Positions 1 to 12,705 of a DNA stretch of 64,000 nucleotides are shown piece after piece. Positions within the stretch are counted from its first letter, which is position 1. Every line of letters starts with the position of its first letter. A model generated the notes under the pieces. It saw only the letters and a program-made list of their open reading frames with translations, did not search any database and had not been told where the DNA came from. Both the position numbers and the translations under genes were made by a program. Source of the stretch: Mobula hypostoma (lineage: Eukaryota); NCBI RefSeq assembly GCF_963921235.1, contig NC_086100.1:143592001-143656000 (forward strand), in the 5' to 3' direction.

Positions 1-34
1 TATGACATATAGTTACAGCAGTGCAAAACAATAC

Positions 35-1026
35 TGTGAGGGGATCCTGGAGTGCCCCTATTAACTGTTTGGAGAGAGTCATTTATCATTGATGGTTTGT
101 TTGGAAAGGAGAGAGACAGAGTTATTTACCACACGAAATGTTGCTTTTGAAAAGAGAGAGAGACGGAGATCCACAGTTGGACTGTCACTTTAAGGCATTG
201 GAAGTAACTTTGGATTTCTACTGAGTTTGGAGTTGGAGACAGCACCGAGCAGCTCGTAAGTTGCTTTGGTGACCGAAGGCAGAAATGGGTGTTATTTAAT
301 GGACACTCGATGTTATGAATTTCAGCAGGTTATTGATATTTCTTCAAGGACAGGTTGCCTGCTTGCACTTCTTTGCAGACAAAGGAAGGAGGGACTCTTT
401 GAATGACAGGTGATGCTCAGCCTGGTGAAATAAATGGGAGGTCAGATGATACAGACCTAGGACACATGATCTGGACACTGAATGAGCATTGTTGTGCCCG
501 CAGAGAAAGTGGGTTTTGGAGGATCGATCAGGTGGATCAATCCAAATTGCTATTCCATCGGTGAAGAAGGGATTGACTGGTGGGGAGTTGTCTATGTGTC
601 CACCCTCGCCTGGGTGATAGCTCCACCACAGAAGACCGGTTCCCCTGGTTAAGGTCACAGTCAGTGACTTGTAAAGGATTTCGGAAGACGACGAGAAGAT
701 CGATGGCATCAGCTCACCTGAAGACTCAACTCACTGTCTCTCTCTCTCCATCACTACTCAACTAAACACCACAAACTGAACTTTACTCAACATCGTAAGA
801 CAGTATCTTTTTACCCCTAGACTTAAAGAAGCTTGGTTTTTCGTATATATATATATATTCCACACTTACTTTTATATATAATCATTGCTAACCTGTTTGT
901 TTTATTTACATTTATATTACTGTATTGCATAGATACTAATAAATATTATTAGTTTATAGCAATACGAGACTCCAAAGTGTTTTCCGTCTCTGCTGGTTCT
1001 TTATCCCTGTCACGGGGTCCGTGACA
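35..1026 (+). mobile_element. Solo LTR (992 bp) of an LTR retrotransposon
   Basis: Starts TGTGAG and ends GTGACA (TG...CA). Flanked by a perfect 4-bp TSD ATAC (31-34 / 1027-1030). AATAAA near 938-943. No internal coding sequence. Confidence 0.8.
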
Positions 1027-1767
1027 ATACCATAATTTGATAAAGAACAGACCATGGGCACGGTAAAAAAAGTCTCAAATTTTTATCAACAGAGCCACCC
1101 CACCCCTCTGCCTACCTGCTTGTCCTTTCAATACAATGTGTGTGTATCCTTGGATGTTAAGCTCCCAACTATAATCTCCTTTCAGCCACAATTCTGTCAC
1201 ATCTAATCCAAGTGAAACTATATAATATAGTTTCCATTATCCTTCCTTTTCTTCGGCATTTCCACTTTAATTGAGTCTGTAAAAAGATATAAAATAAAAT
1301 ATTTGATTCAATTGACATTTTTGAAACTCAATATTTTTGTATGTTTTTTAATAATTTGCTTGATAAATCTGCAAAAGAAATAGCTAATCTGTATGTTAGT
1401 TAAGTGGAGTGTAAGATATTAAAGAAATGTGTTTGCCAAATAAATAAAATAAGGTTGGTTTTACAATTAACCCAAAATTTTAAAACTTTCAATAGTTTTT
1501 AGATATTCGGACAGACATGAGGATTACAGCGGTAGCTCAGTTGTCATATCCTTCCTGGAATTTGGCTATTGTTGTTCATGGGGTCGCATAGTATTACGAA
1601 AGGCCATAAGATTCTCCAGAGAATTAAGAATTTTCATTTGAAGTGTTTAGTTTTGCAAAACATTAACAGACAATAAAAGCAACTCACTTCCTTCTATGCA
1701 TTGATCAACAAACAATTGTAGACAAGGAATAACGGGGAGCAACAGAGATGTCTAGGCCACAAATGTA

Positions 1768-3104
1768 CATAGATCATAGAACATAGAACATAGAATAGTA
1801 CAGCACAGTAAAGGCCCTTCAGCCCACAATGTTGTGCCGACCCTCAAACCCTGCCTCCCATATAAGCCCCCACCTTAAATTCCTCCATATACCTGTCTAG
1901 TAGTCTCTTAAACTTCACAAGTGTATCTGCCTCCACTACTGACTCAGGCAGTGCATTCCAAGCACCAACCACTCTCTGAGTAAAAAACCTTCCTCTAATA
2001 ACCCCCTTGAACTTCCCACCCCTTACCTTAAAGCCATATCCTCTTGTATTGAGCAGTGGTGCCCTGGGGAAGAGGCGCTGGCTATCCACTCTATCTATTC
2101 CTCCTATTATCTTGTATACCTCTATCATGTCTCCTCTCATCCTCCTTTTCTCCAAAGAGTAAAGCCCTAGCTCCCTTAATCTCTGATCATAATGCATACT
2201 CTCTAAACCAGGCAGCATCCTGGTAACTCTCCTCTGTACCCTTTCCAATGCTTCCACATCCTCCCTATAGTGAGGCGACCAGAACTGGACACAGTACTCC
2301 AAGTGTGGCCGAACCAGGGTTTCATCGAGCTGCATCATTACATCGCAACTCTTAAACTCTATCCCTCGACTTATGAGAGCTAACACCCCATAAGCTTTCT
2401 TAACAACCCTATCCACCTGTGAGGCAACTTTCAGGGATCTGTGGACATGTACCCCCAGATCCCTCTGCTCCTCCACACTACCAAGTATCCTGCCATTTAC
2501 TTTGTACTCTGCCTTGGAGTTTGTCCTTCCAAAGTGTACCACCTCGCACTTCTCCGGGTTGAACTCCATCTGCCACTTCTCAGCCCACTTCTGCATCCTA
2601 TCAATGTCTCTCTGCAATCTTTGACAATCCTCTGCACTATCTACAACACGACCAACCTTTGTGTCGTCTGCAAACTTGCCAACCAAACCTTATACCCCCA
2701 CATCCAGGTCGTTAATAAAAATCACGAAAAGTAGAGGTCCCAGAACTGATCCTTGTGGGACACCACTAGTCACAATCCTCCAATCTGAATGTACTCCCTC
2801 CACCATGACCCTCTGCCTTCTGCAGGCAAGCCAATTCTGAATACACCTGGCCAAACTTCCCTGGATCCCATGCCTTCAGACTTTCTGAATAAGCCTACAG
2901 TGTGGAATCTTGTCAAATGCCTTACTAAAATCCATATAGATCACATCCACTGCACAACCGTCATCTATATGCCTAGTCACCTCCTCAAAGAACTCTATCA
3001 GGCTTGTTAGACATGATCTGCCCTTCACAAAGCCATGCTGACTGTCCCTGATCAGACCATGATTCTCTAAATGCCCATAGATCCTATCTCTCAGAATCTT
3101 TTTC
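1768..3104 (-). mobile_element. 5'-truncated CR1 LINE (RT and 3' end), relatively young subfamily
   Basis: ORFs 2876-3106 and 1844-2686 are in the same frame, separated by in-frame stops. Motifs include [32 protein letters not shown] and FFTQRVV. Tail reads (CATAGAA)n on the + strand at 1768-1795. Confidence 0.95.
1844..2686 (-). pseudogene. CR1 ORF2 C-terminal reverse transcriptase fragment (280 aa)
   Basis: Contains KFADDTK, WQMEFNPEKC, ERVQRR and LGLYSLE. The upstream part is broken by nonsense codons. Confidence 0.9.
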
Positions 3105-3379
3105 ATGTAAGAACATGAGACTTTACCATTTGGTGGCTGTACAACTTCTAGGTGTATGGCTGCTCGATAGCTGGCCAGTTAAGTTGCACCAGCATCTGCA
3201 GATATGAAGACTGTGATCGTGTTTGATCTAGCAGCGGGTCTAATAACTACCGTAATTTCGAGGTAGTGATGAGCGTGCCGTAAACTATATTTTGAGATAT
3301 TTGGAACAACTGTGACTGTTATTACCTCTGTGGTTTGTTGCCTACAGTCATAATCGAAGGAATTGCTAAATATCAGCTA

Positions 3380-3489
3380 GAGGTTAGTGAAAATAAAGAT
3401 GTAAATTTTTCCCATCAAAGTTCACAGACCTTCTGGAATCTATCCATGACCCTGTGGGGAATCCGTGGACCCCAAGTTAAGAACCCCTG
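3380..3489. mobile_element. hAT/Charlie-like MITE end (degenerate)
   Basis: GGAATCCGTGGACCCCAAGTTAAGAACCCCTG resembles hAT MITE termini. The partner TIR was not identified. Confidence 0.35.
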
Positions 3490-4689
3490 CATTAAAGGGT
3501 CTAACCATATTTGGGCAAAGGCATATTAGTGTAATTGTTGAGCTATCCTTCATGGCATGTCCATCATGCCCAGGGACTTCTTTTAAAGAGGTAGGAAAAT
3601 TATTTTTAACAACACAATAACTCAGAAAATAGGAGCCACCTGGCCCCCTCAGTCTGTTCCACTATTCAATGTGAACATGCCTAAACAGTCCCACTCCTTA
3701 AATCCTCTTCTAGGCCTCCTCCACATTGCCCTCAATCCCCCCTTCATGAAACAATCTCAAATAACTTAGATCAGGTCTCAGAATCACCAGCTCCTGGTAG
3801 CTTTGGTACTTACCTGTCGAACTTTGGGTAGGGGGTATCATCCTGTGGAGACTTCTGTTGTTTGGTGAATTTGGATGAATTTTTTAAAAAATAGATAAAT
3901 AGTTACAAGAGCTGTAGGTCCTGTAACCTGGAGCAATAAACAAACTGCTGCAGGAACTCAGCCAGACTGGTAACATCTACAGAGGGAAAAGAATTGTTGG
4001 TGTTTCAGGTTGAGATGCTGTATTAGGACTGAGAATGGAGAGGGTAGATTACAGTTATAAAGAGGAGACAATGAAGGTTAAACAAGACCCAAAGGTAATT
4101 AATGGTCTTGGGGGAAGGATGGTAGGTGAAGAATTGAAGGATTGTTTCCCTATTACTGTGTATAGTTGGTTTGCAGTTCAGACCCCCACATTCTGTACAG
4201 AGTTTGGTGGCTTGGTGGGAGGTAGGGTGGGGAAAAGAAGGAGAGCAGATAACAGCTTATGAATGTGATTCAAATGTTATGAGCTGCAAGTAATTGATTT
4301 AGAACCTGTGTTCTAAGAACTGAAAAGTCTTCAAGTTAGCTAGAAAAGCTGCCAAGGGAAAAGGGAAACTTGCCTTGCTCCAGAGGATCCATTCCAGCTC
4401 AAGCTGGGCACTGAATTTCGCAACTTAAGGAACTCTCTCCCCTTTGCATTCATCTTTTGTCTGTGGCCAATGAAAGATCCTGTTACAAAAGTATTAACCC
4501 ATTGATACAAGGTTGGAACCAACATCTTGGCTTCCATGTCACATTGACTGACTTTCCACCTGACAATAACTATTCCAATGGACTTGCTCTTTAGGTATAA
4601 TTACATTATATCAGACCAGGCAAAGATTTCCAAGACAAATGTTTACTAGAAGCTCTCTGCAAATTAGGCAAAACTTTCAGATGAAAACT

Positions 4690-5081
4690 ATCTTGTAGAC
4701 TCAACCAGCTCCATCACAGGCAAAAGCCTCCCTGCCATTTAGGACATCTTTCAAAAGGCAGTGTCCCAAGAAGGCAGCATCCATCTTTAAGGACTTTCAC
4801 CATCTGAGACATGCCTTCTTTTCATTACAAATATTAGAGAGGAGTTATAAGAGCCTGAAGACCCATTCTCAATGTTTTATGAATAACTTCTTCCCCTGTG
4901 CCATCAGTTTTCTGAATGGTTCATGAATTCATGATTACATTGTCATTTCTCTTTTGCACTCCTTTAAAATTTCATTTGTTATTGTAACTTACAATCTTTT
5001 TTAATATCTTGCACAGTTGTTCTACCAAAAATCACAAATTTCATGACATATGTTGGCAATGGCAAATCAAATCCTGATTCT
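4690..5081 (+). mobile_element. Degenerate Rex1/Babar LINE 3' fragment
   Basis: Similar to the 3' part of the Rex1 copies at 15453 and 38510 (AAGGCAGCATCCATC...AAGGAC, CTTCTTCCCC). Ends in an AAATCCTGATTCTG tail. Confidence 0.6.
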
Positions 5082-5399
5082 GGGGGTGGTGGGCGTGGGG
5101 GTTGGAGGTTGGGTAGAGTTATTATATGCACCCAGACTATTAATTTAGTTAAACATTTCTCAGTCTTTGACAAAATGTCTTAATGGGTTCTGACAAATTG
5201 CAAATAACTTCATTTTAACATAATAATTAGATCTTAGTTATATTTGTGCCACTGGGCTCAGGCCTCTAGCTGTGGAATACAGTATACTGCTGGCAGATTA
5301 AGAGTGAAATGAAAGCTGCATATCACTACAACCTGCCCAGAGTCTGACACAAGGATATGTGAATACAAACGTCTTCAGACTTATTCAGTACTCAGTGCA

Positions 5400-5750
5400 A
5401 TGGCTCGGTGGTAGCAGACGTCTATGGATTCAAATTATGTTTGTGAACAAAAATTTTGGATTTTTCTCCAGTGCAGTAATGTAGCAGCAACAAACTGAGG
5501 GAGATGCTGGTTTTCAATTGAAATATTGGACTAGTGTCCTAAATGCTTTCTCAGGCAGATGTAAAAGGTCTCCCGGGACCAAAGTGACGAAGAGCAAGGG
5601 ACTAATGTAACCTTGAGTGGAATGTAATTTTACTGTTACATTTTGTACATTACAGCAGTGACCCCTTTCTGAGAGCGTCTCCTGGCTTGTAAAGCACTTT
5701 GTGGTCTCCAGAATTTTTGGAAGTTCCCGCGCAATATCAAGTTTTCTTCT
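5400..5750 (+). mobile_element. Ancient Deu-domain SINE (SacSINE1/AmnSINE-like), highly decayed
   Basis: Head TGGCTCGGTGGTAGCA, Deu-like core CTCAGGCAGATGTAAAAGGTC, and 3' GTAAAGCACTTTG. Recognised by recall of the family consensus only. Confidence 0.45.
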
Positions 5751-6641
5751 AGTTATATTATATGTCCGAAAGACTATCAGAGATTTTCCTCTGTATGGGG
5801 TTCTCAGTTTGTTCATCATGAGGTCCAGTCATTGCTAATGATGTGATGGAGAAATCTCACAGTCACGATGGCCACAAAATACAAGCTTAACACTGGGAAT
5901 TCCGTGGAAGGCAAACGTTAAGCATAGGCTAATCAAACAAGATCTGGTTTGTATTGATTTTGAGCAATATTTCCAAGTTTTCATGAGACTTTATTTAAAA
6001 ATGATGGGACAGGATACGTTGGCTTTTTAAAAGTCACAACAAAATAATGGTAACAACATAGGTGTGTGCATCAAAGACAAGCCCACACCAACTTGTTTTC
6101 TTCCTTTTTAAGCCCAGTGTTGTCCTCTCAACACTTTATGATTCTCACGAATGAGGAAGTATATCTTCTCTAGCCTGAACAGCTGAAATTCATTTGCAAG
6201 TGCTTTTTCCATTTCAATGGTGAGCAGCAAAAGTGTCAACACAAGAGATTCTGCATATGCTGGAAACCCAGAGAGACACAAACAAAATGCAAGTGGAACA
6301 CAGTACATCAGGCAGCATCTATGGGAAGGAATATAGAGTTGATATTTCGGCTGACACCTTTTTTGCTGGGAGCTGATTCACAAGTCTTTGACATAAGTAA
6401 AATATATTAAATTTTAATATTAAGTCAGATAAATAATTCAGATTCTTAACAAGTGTATTGACTGACTGCATCATGGCCTGGTATGAAAACAGCTATGTCT
6501 TTCAACAGAAAATCCTATAAAAGGTACTGAATTTGGAACAAAATATCTCAGATAAAGCCCTCCCAACCACTGAGCACATCTATATGAAATATTGTCATAG
6601 GAAATCAGCATTCATCATCAGAGATCCCTACAACCCAGCCC

Positions 6642-8517
6642 ATGCTGTCTTCTCCCCATTCCAACCTCACTCCTTTGGAACGCTCTGCTCTCCACTCCCT
6701 CTGCACTAATCCTAACCTTATTATTAAACCCGCCGATAAGGGGGGTGCTGTTGTAGTCTGGCGTACTGACCTCTACCTTGCCGAGGCACAGCGACAACTC
6801 GCGGATACCTCCACTTATTTACCCCTCGATCGTGACCCCACTAAGGAGCACCGGGCCATTGTCTCCCACACCATCACAGACTTTATCCGCTCAGGGGATC
6901 TCCCATCCACTGCTACCAACCTTATAGTTCCCACACCTCGCACTTCCCGTTTCTACCTCCTACCCAAGATCCACAAACCTGACTGTCCTGGCCAACCTAT
7001 TGTCTCAGCTTGCTCCTGCCCCACCGAACTCATTTCTGCATACATTGACACGGTTTTATCCCCCCTTGTTCAATCCCTTCCTACCTATGTTCGTGACACT
7101 TCTCACGCTCTTAAACTTTTCGATGATTTTAAGTTCCCTGGCACCCACCGCTTTATTTTCACCATGGATGTCCAGTCCCTATATACTTCCATCCCCCATC
7201 AGGAAGGTCTCAAAGCTGTACGCTTCTTTTTGGATTCCAGACCTAATCAGTTCCCCTCTACCACCACTCTGCTCCATCTAGCGAAATTAGTCTTTACTCT
7301 TAATAATTTCTCCTTTGGCTCCTCCCACTTCCTCCAAACTAAAGGTGTAGCTATGGGCACCCGTATGGGTCCTAGCTATGCCTGCCTTTTTGTTGGCTTT
7401 GTGGAACAATCTATGTTCCGTGCCTATTCTGGTATCTGTCCCCCACTTTTCCTTCGCTACATCGACGACTGCATTGGCACTGCTTCCTGCACGCATGCAG
7501 AGCTCATTGACTTTATTAACTTTGCCTCCAACTTTCACCCTGCCCTCAAGTTTACCTGGTCCATTTCCAACACCTCCCTCCTCTTTCTAGATCTTTCTGA
7601 CTCTGTCTCTGGAGACAGCTTATCCACTGATGTCTACTATAAGCCTACTGACTCTCACAGCTATCTGGACTATTCCTCTTCTCACCCTGTCTCTTGCAAA
7701 AACGTCATCCCCTTCTCGCAATTCCTCCGTCTCCGCCGCATCTGCTCTCAGGATGAGGCTTTTCATTCTAGGATGAGGGAGATGTCCTCCTTTTTTAAAG
7801 AAAGGGGCTTCACTATCAACTCTACTCTTAAACGCATCTCCCCCATTTCACGTACATCTGCTGTCACTCCATCCTCCCGCCACCCCACTAGGAATAGGGT
7901 TCCCCTGGTCCTCACCTACCACCCCACCAGCCTCCGGGTCCAACATATTATTCTCCGTAACTTCCGCCACCTCCAACGGGATCCCACCACTAAGCACATC
8001 TTTCCCTCCCCCCCTCTCTTTGCTTTCCACAGGGATTGCTCCCTACATGACTCCCTTGTCCATTCGTCCCCCACCATCCCTCCCCACTGATCTCCCTCCT
8101 GGCACTTATCCTTGTAAGCAGAACATGTGCTACACATGCCCTTACACTTCCTCCTTTACCACCATTCAGGGCCCCAAACAGTCCTTCCAGGTGAGGCGAC
8201 TCTTCACCTGTGAGTCGACTGGGGTGATATACTGCGTCCGGTGCTCCCGATGTGGCCTTTTATATATTGGTGAGACCCGACGCAGACTGGGAGACCGCTT
8301 TGCTGAACACCTACGCTCTGTCCACCAGAGAAAGCCGGATCTCCCAGTGGCCACACATTTTAATTCCACATCCCATTCCCATTCTGACATGTCTATCCAC
8401 GGCCTCCTCTACTGTAAAGATGAAGCCACACTCAGGTTGGAGGAACAACAGCTTATATTCCGTCTGGGTAGCCTCCAACCTGATGACATGAACATCGACT
8501 TCTCTAACTTCCGCTAA
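6642..8517 (+). pseudogene. PLE RT-GIY-YIG polyprotein, frameshifted near 8073 (ORFs 6642-8090 and 8020-8517)
   Basis: Compared with the copy at 45769-47130, it has a +1 insertion in a C-run and a 9-bp in-frame deletion (PSS). Confidence 0.9.
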
Positions 8518-8941
8518 TGCCCCACCTCCCCCTCGTACCCCATCTGTTACTTATTTTTATACACACATTCTTTCTGTCACTCTCTTTTTTCTCCCTCTGT
8601 CCCTCTGAATATACCCCTTGCCCATCCTCTGGGTCACCCCCCCCCGTCTTTCTTCCCGGACCTCCTGTCGCATGATCCTCTCGTATCCCTTTTGCCAATC
8701 ACCCGTCCAGCTCTTGGCTCCATCCCTCCCCCTCCAGTCTTCTCCTATCGTTTTGGATCTCCCCTCCCCCTCCAACTTTCAAATCTCTTACTCACTCTTC
8801 CTTCAGTTAGTCCTGACGAAGGGTCTCGGCCTGAAACGTCGACTGCACCTCTTCCTAGAGATGCTGCCTGGCCTGCTGCGTTCACCAGCAACTTTGATGT
8901 GTGTTGCTTGAATTTCCAGCATCTGCAGAATTCCTGTTGTT
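6654..8941 (+). mobile_element. Penelope-like element (Neptune-type), 5'-truncated
   Basis: RT motifs KPADKG, LPKIHK, MDVQSLYT, GVAMG and RYIDD, followed by a Cys-rich linker and GIY-YIG domain (VIY...YIGET). Perfect 14-bp TSD CCATGCTGTCTTCT at 6640-6653 / 8942-8955. Confidence 0.95.
8808..8845 (+). ncRNA. Minimal type I hammerhead ribozyme motif in PLE 3' repeat
   Basis: TAGTC-CTGACGA-A-GGGT CTCG GCCT-GAAA-C-GTC-GACTG. It has helix I, the CUGANGA core, helix II, GAAA and a GUC cleavage triplet. Confidence 0.75.
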
Positions 8942-9349
8942 CCATGCTGTCTTCTTGTTGCTGCCATCAGGTAGAAAGTGCAAGAGCCTCAGGACTTGTG
9001 CCACCAGGTTCAAGAGCAGTTGCTACCTCTCAAGCATTAGGCTCTTGAATAAAAGGCAATAACTACACTCACTTGCCCATCATTAAGGTGTTTCCCACAA
9101 CAAATAATCTCACTTTAAGGAATCTTTTTCTTATTATCTCATGTTCTCACTATTTTTTTGCTATTTATTTATATTTTCATTTGAACAGTTTGTTGTCTTC
9201 TGCACTCTGGTTGATCTTCCATTGATTCTCTTGTAGTTACTATTCTATAGATTTGTTGAGTATGCCTACAGGAAAATGAATCTTGGGGTTGTATATGGTG
9301 ACATATATGTACTTTGATCATAACATTTACTTTGACTTTGAAAATTTGC

Positions 9350-9767
9350 ATAAGCTAGGGCTTTTCTCTTTGAAGAGATGGCAAATAAGAAGCAATTTGT
9401 TAGAGATGTATAAGACTATGAGAGGCATAGATAGAGTGGACAGCCAGGAGCTTTTTCCTAGGGTGGCAGAAGCCAATGCTAGAGTACATCTGTTTACGTT
9501 AATATGAGTAAAGTACAGGGGAGATGTTAGAGGTAGGCTTTTTGCAGAGAGGTAGGTAACTGGAATGTACTACCTGGGGAGATGGTAGAGGCAAATACAG
9601 TAGGGACATTTATAAGACTTTTAAATAGGCACATGAGTTTAAGAAAAATGAAGGTTTTTGGCTGTGTTGAGGGAAAGGTTAGACTAATCATGGAATAAGT
9701 TCATATGGGCCAGCTCAACATCATGGGCTGAAGGGCCTGCTCTGTGCCATACTGTTCTATGTTCTAT
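9350..9767 (+). mobile_element. CR1 3' fragment (older)
   Basis: Encodes LGLFSL...MRGIDRVDSQELFPR. Tail TTCTATGTTCTAT. Confidence 0.85.
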
Positions 9768-9904
9768 TTTACTTCCAAATTCTAATTAACATTTAACGCA
9801 TAGTTATTGATACTTATCTGTAAGCATTATTGATTGGTGTAAAATATTGATATCAGTTAAGTTGGAACCAAGAACAATAAAATGACTTTTGAACATAGAT
9901 ACAA

Positions 9905-10091
9905 GGGATACCTCAGATGCTGGAAATCTTGAGTAACACACAAAAAATGCCGGAGGAGCTCAGAAGGTCAGGCAGCGTCTCTGGAGGAAAATAAATAGTC
10001 AATATTTCCGGCCAAGACCTTCTTGGACTGAAACATTGACTATTAGTTTCTCTCCATAGCTACAGCCTAATCTGCTGAAATTCTCCAGCAG
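9905..10091. repeat. Old PLE-terminus-derived inverted repeat
   Basis: Imperfect arms at about 9948-10016 and 10023-10090, homologous to the PLE 3' end. Confidence 0.65.
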
Positions 10092-10286
10092 TACCCTTAT
10101 CAAAACAGCTGCCTTTCATGTAAGCCAATGGTGAAAACATCTAAATGAATGCATCTTCTGCTGGGGGTGTGTCAGTGTGGAATCACACATGGGTACCATG
10201 GGTATATCAAATATGAAGAATTTCCATCAAATGAAACAGCTTTTCATTTATGCCAAAATCCACTTGTTTAAGAGCTAAGCAACCCT

Positions 10287-10850
10287 CACAAAAAATGCTG
10301 GTGAACACAGCAGGCCAGGCAGCATCTATAGGAAGAGGTACAGTCGATATTTCAGGCCGAGACCCTTCGTCAGGACTAACTAAAAGAAGAGATAGTAAAG
10401 AGATTTGAAAGCCGGAGGGGGGAGGGGGAGATCCGAAATGATAGGAGAAGACAGGAGGGGGAGGGATGGAGCTAAGAGCTGGAAAGTTGATTGGCGAAAG
10501 GGATACCAGGCTAGAGAAGGGAGAGGATCATGGGACGGGAGGCCTAGGAAGAAAGAAAGATGGGGAGGAACCCAGAGGATGGGCAAGGAGTTACAGTGAG
10601 AGGGTCAGAGGGAAAAAAAAGAGAAAAAAAGGATGGGGGGGAGAGAAGAAAAATAAATAAATAAACAAACAAACAAACAAATAAATAAATGAGGATGGGG
10701 TAAGAAGGGGAGGAGGGGCATTAACGGAAGTTAGAAAAGTCAATATTCGGGCCATCAGGTTGGAAGCTACCCAGACGGAATATATGGTGTAGTTCTTCCC
10801 ACCTGAGTGTGGCTTCATCTTGACAGTAGAGGAGGCTACGGATAGACATA
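10287..10850 (-). mobile_element. PLE 3' fragment (GIY-YIG end and 3' repeat with hammerhead motif at 10341-10377)
   Basis: Reverse-complement similarity to 8390-8900. Confidence 0.9.
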
Positions 10851-12409
10851 ACAGAACTAAATCTACTTTATTCATTTCAGATAAATGTTGATGTCAAAAT
10901 CTACCCGGAATTGAATCTTCAGACTTATCATTGGAAAGGACAATGCCAATTTGATAAGATTGTTAGGTTAATTACATTTTAATAATTTTGTAATTAAGCC
11001 CATAGCCCATTAAGACCAGGAAAAAAAGGATGATGATGTTCCTTTAATTGTGCAACCCATTATGTCGCAGCAGGGTATTAATTCTCAAGTAACTGAGTAA
11101 ATGTTTACTACTTAATGTTTCAAAGTAGGCAAAACGCAATCAATGTAAAGATGTTGCCATCTAAGTTAATCTTGTACTTAATTAATGACCATGATAAGGT
11201 TTTCATTTTAGCATAAATTATATTTTGGAGCAAAGTCAAGGAACATTAAATATTCAGAAGGAAAATTTAATAGCAAGCTCACAGAGGTGGTTCACCAAAG
11301 TGTCAAAGGAATACAAGGATACAGGTGATGCATTATGTGACTCTCGTGAAAAACAGTAGAATCAGGGCATTATCAATGGAACATGAAGGGTTGAAGAAAA
11401 TTGACTACTTGTTACAGTGTGTTGACACTGACTGCATCTGACTGGCTTCAGAGACTATATCACTGCTGATTGTCAAATCATTTTCTGTTGATATGATGCA
11501 CAGCTTTATTTAACTATGCTCGTTAAAAAGGCACTCTTCTTTGCAGAATTACTTTTCTGTAATGTCTTTAATTGAAGTTTTATGAACAAAATGCAGCTGT
11601 TTAATTCACCTTTTGCCTTCTGAATATTGCTCTGTGTGCCTCACTGGAACAGCTCACATATAAGGTGTAATTTTCAGTGTACACACATGTAGAAAGAAAT
11701 CTCATCTTCTGCTGGCAAATTTACAATGAGGTCTGGCACTAAGGAGATTCTATACTGGTAGTGTGCCTTTGGAAAACTACAACTTAGCATATGACCTTTT
11801 GCAGGTTACAGATAGATTTCAAAGTAAACTTGTAAGTTCTCAGTCCCATTAGGTGACTCTTTATGAAATTTACCAGCATGTATCTGTACTCTATACAGAA
11901 TTTTTTTTAGCTTCCTTCCGTGTTTTCATCAACCATGCTCTTTGCTGAAGATAGATCTGTTACTTGATTACAGCACTTCAGTTTATTTATTTCTAAAGAT
12001 AAGGCTTCCTGCCTGATCCTGTCATATTGTTGATGTTTTCTGCTCTGAAATAGTAACCCACGTCTATTTTCTAGAAGTCAATAAACTGACTTCCCTTGAT
12101 TTCTGTATACATTCTTCTTTTCCTCTCATATAGGGCTCCTCTTTGTAGTGTACTTTTGAAATTGTTGTGCATGATAAAAAATGTCATTGCCACACAAGCC
12201 CATGATTAGTTATCACCCATGACTAACCTTGTGGTTGTTTACCACGTGCAACAATTCAGAGAACATAACTTTGAAGAAATATCTGATTGATATTGTCCCT
12301 ATTTGCATTCATAAAACATTCCAAATTATATTACACCCAATAAATTAACATTTGCCACACATTCATTGCTATTTTTCAGGCAAATTAACCTAGTGTGGCA
12401 AAGCAAGAT

Positions 12410-12705
12410 CCCACTGGTAGCATTAAGAACAATGACCAGTAAATCTTTTCTGCTGTGCTTGAAGGAGGGATTGTTTACCAGCACATCAAGAAAACTTTTC
12501 TTTGAATAATACTATGAGAGCTTTTACACAGAACAGGCAACTGTATTCTTAATGCTTTTTCTCCTAAAAATACACATCTGTCATCTTTGCCCTCCCGCAG
12601 CACAGTTCTGAGATATCAGACTAAGTAATATAATTAAACCTGCAATAGGAAATCTGCAAAACCTTTCTAACTTAGAGATGAGGATGCTACTAACCAAGTT
12701 ATGCC
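12410..12705 (-). mobile_element. Ancient Deu-domain SINE, highly decayed
   Basis: AACCTTTCTAACTTAGAGATGAGGATGCTACTAACCAAG and ATATCAGACTAAG resemble the antisense SacSINE1-type head. Recall-based. Confidence 0.35.

Larger units (their letters stand above)
6440..9340 (+). mobile_element. Old Rex1/Babar 3' fragment (6440-6653 and 8942-9340) split by a PLE insertion
   Basis: The sequence reads continuously across the 14-bp TSD (CATCATCAGAGATCC...CCATGCTGTCTTCT | TGTTGCTGCCATCAGGTAG). Tail TTTACTTTGACTTTGA near 9326-9341. Confidence 0.7.

Noticed and set aside
344-765. 121-aa and 61-aa ORFs
   Set aside because: They lie inside the solo LTR and show no recognisable domain.
8504-9048. Recurrent short ORFs (e.g. 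LLVNAAGQAAS..., PSVSPDEG...), also at 17 kb, 45 kb and 60 kb
   Set aside because: They are translations of the non-coding PLE 3' repeat and recur only because the repeat recurs.
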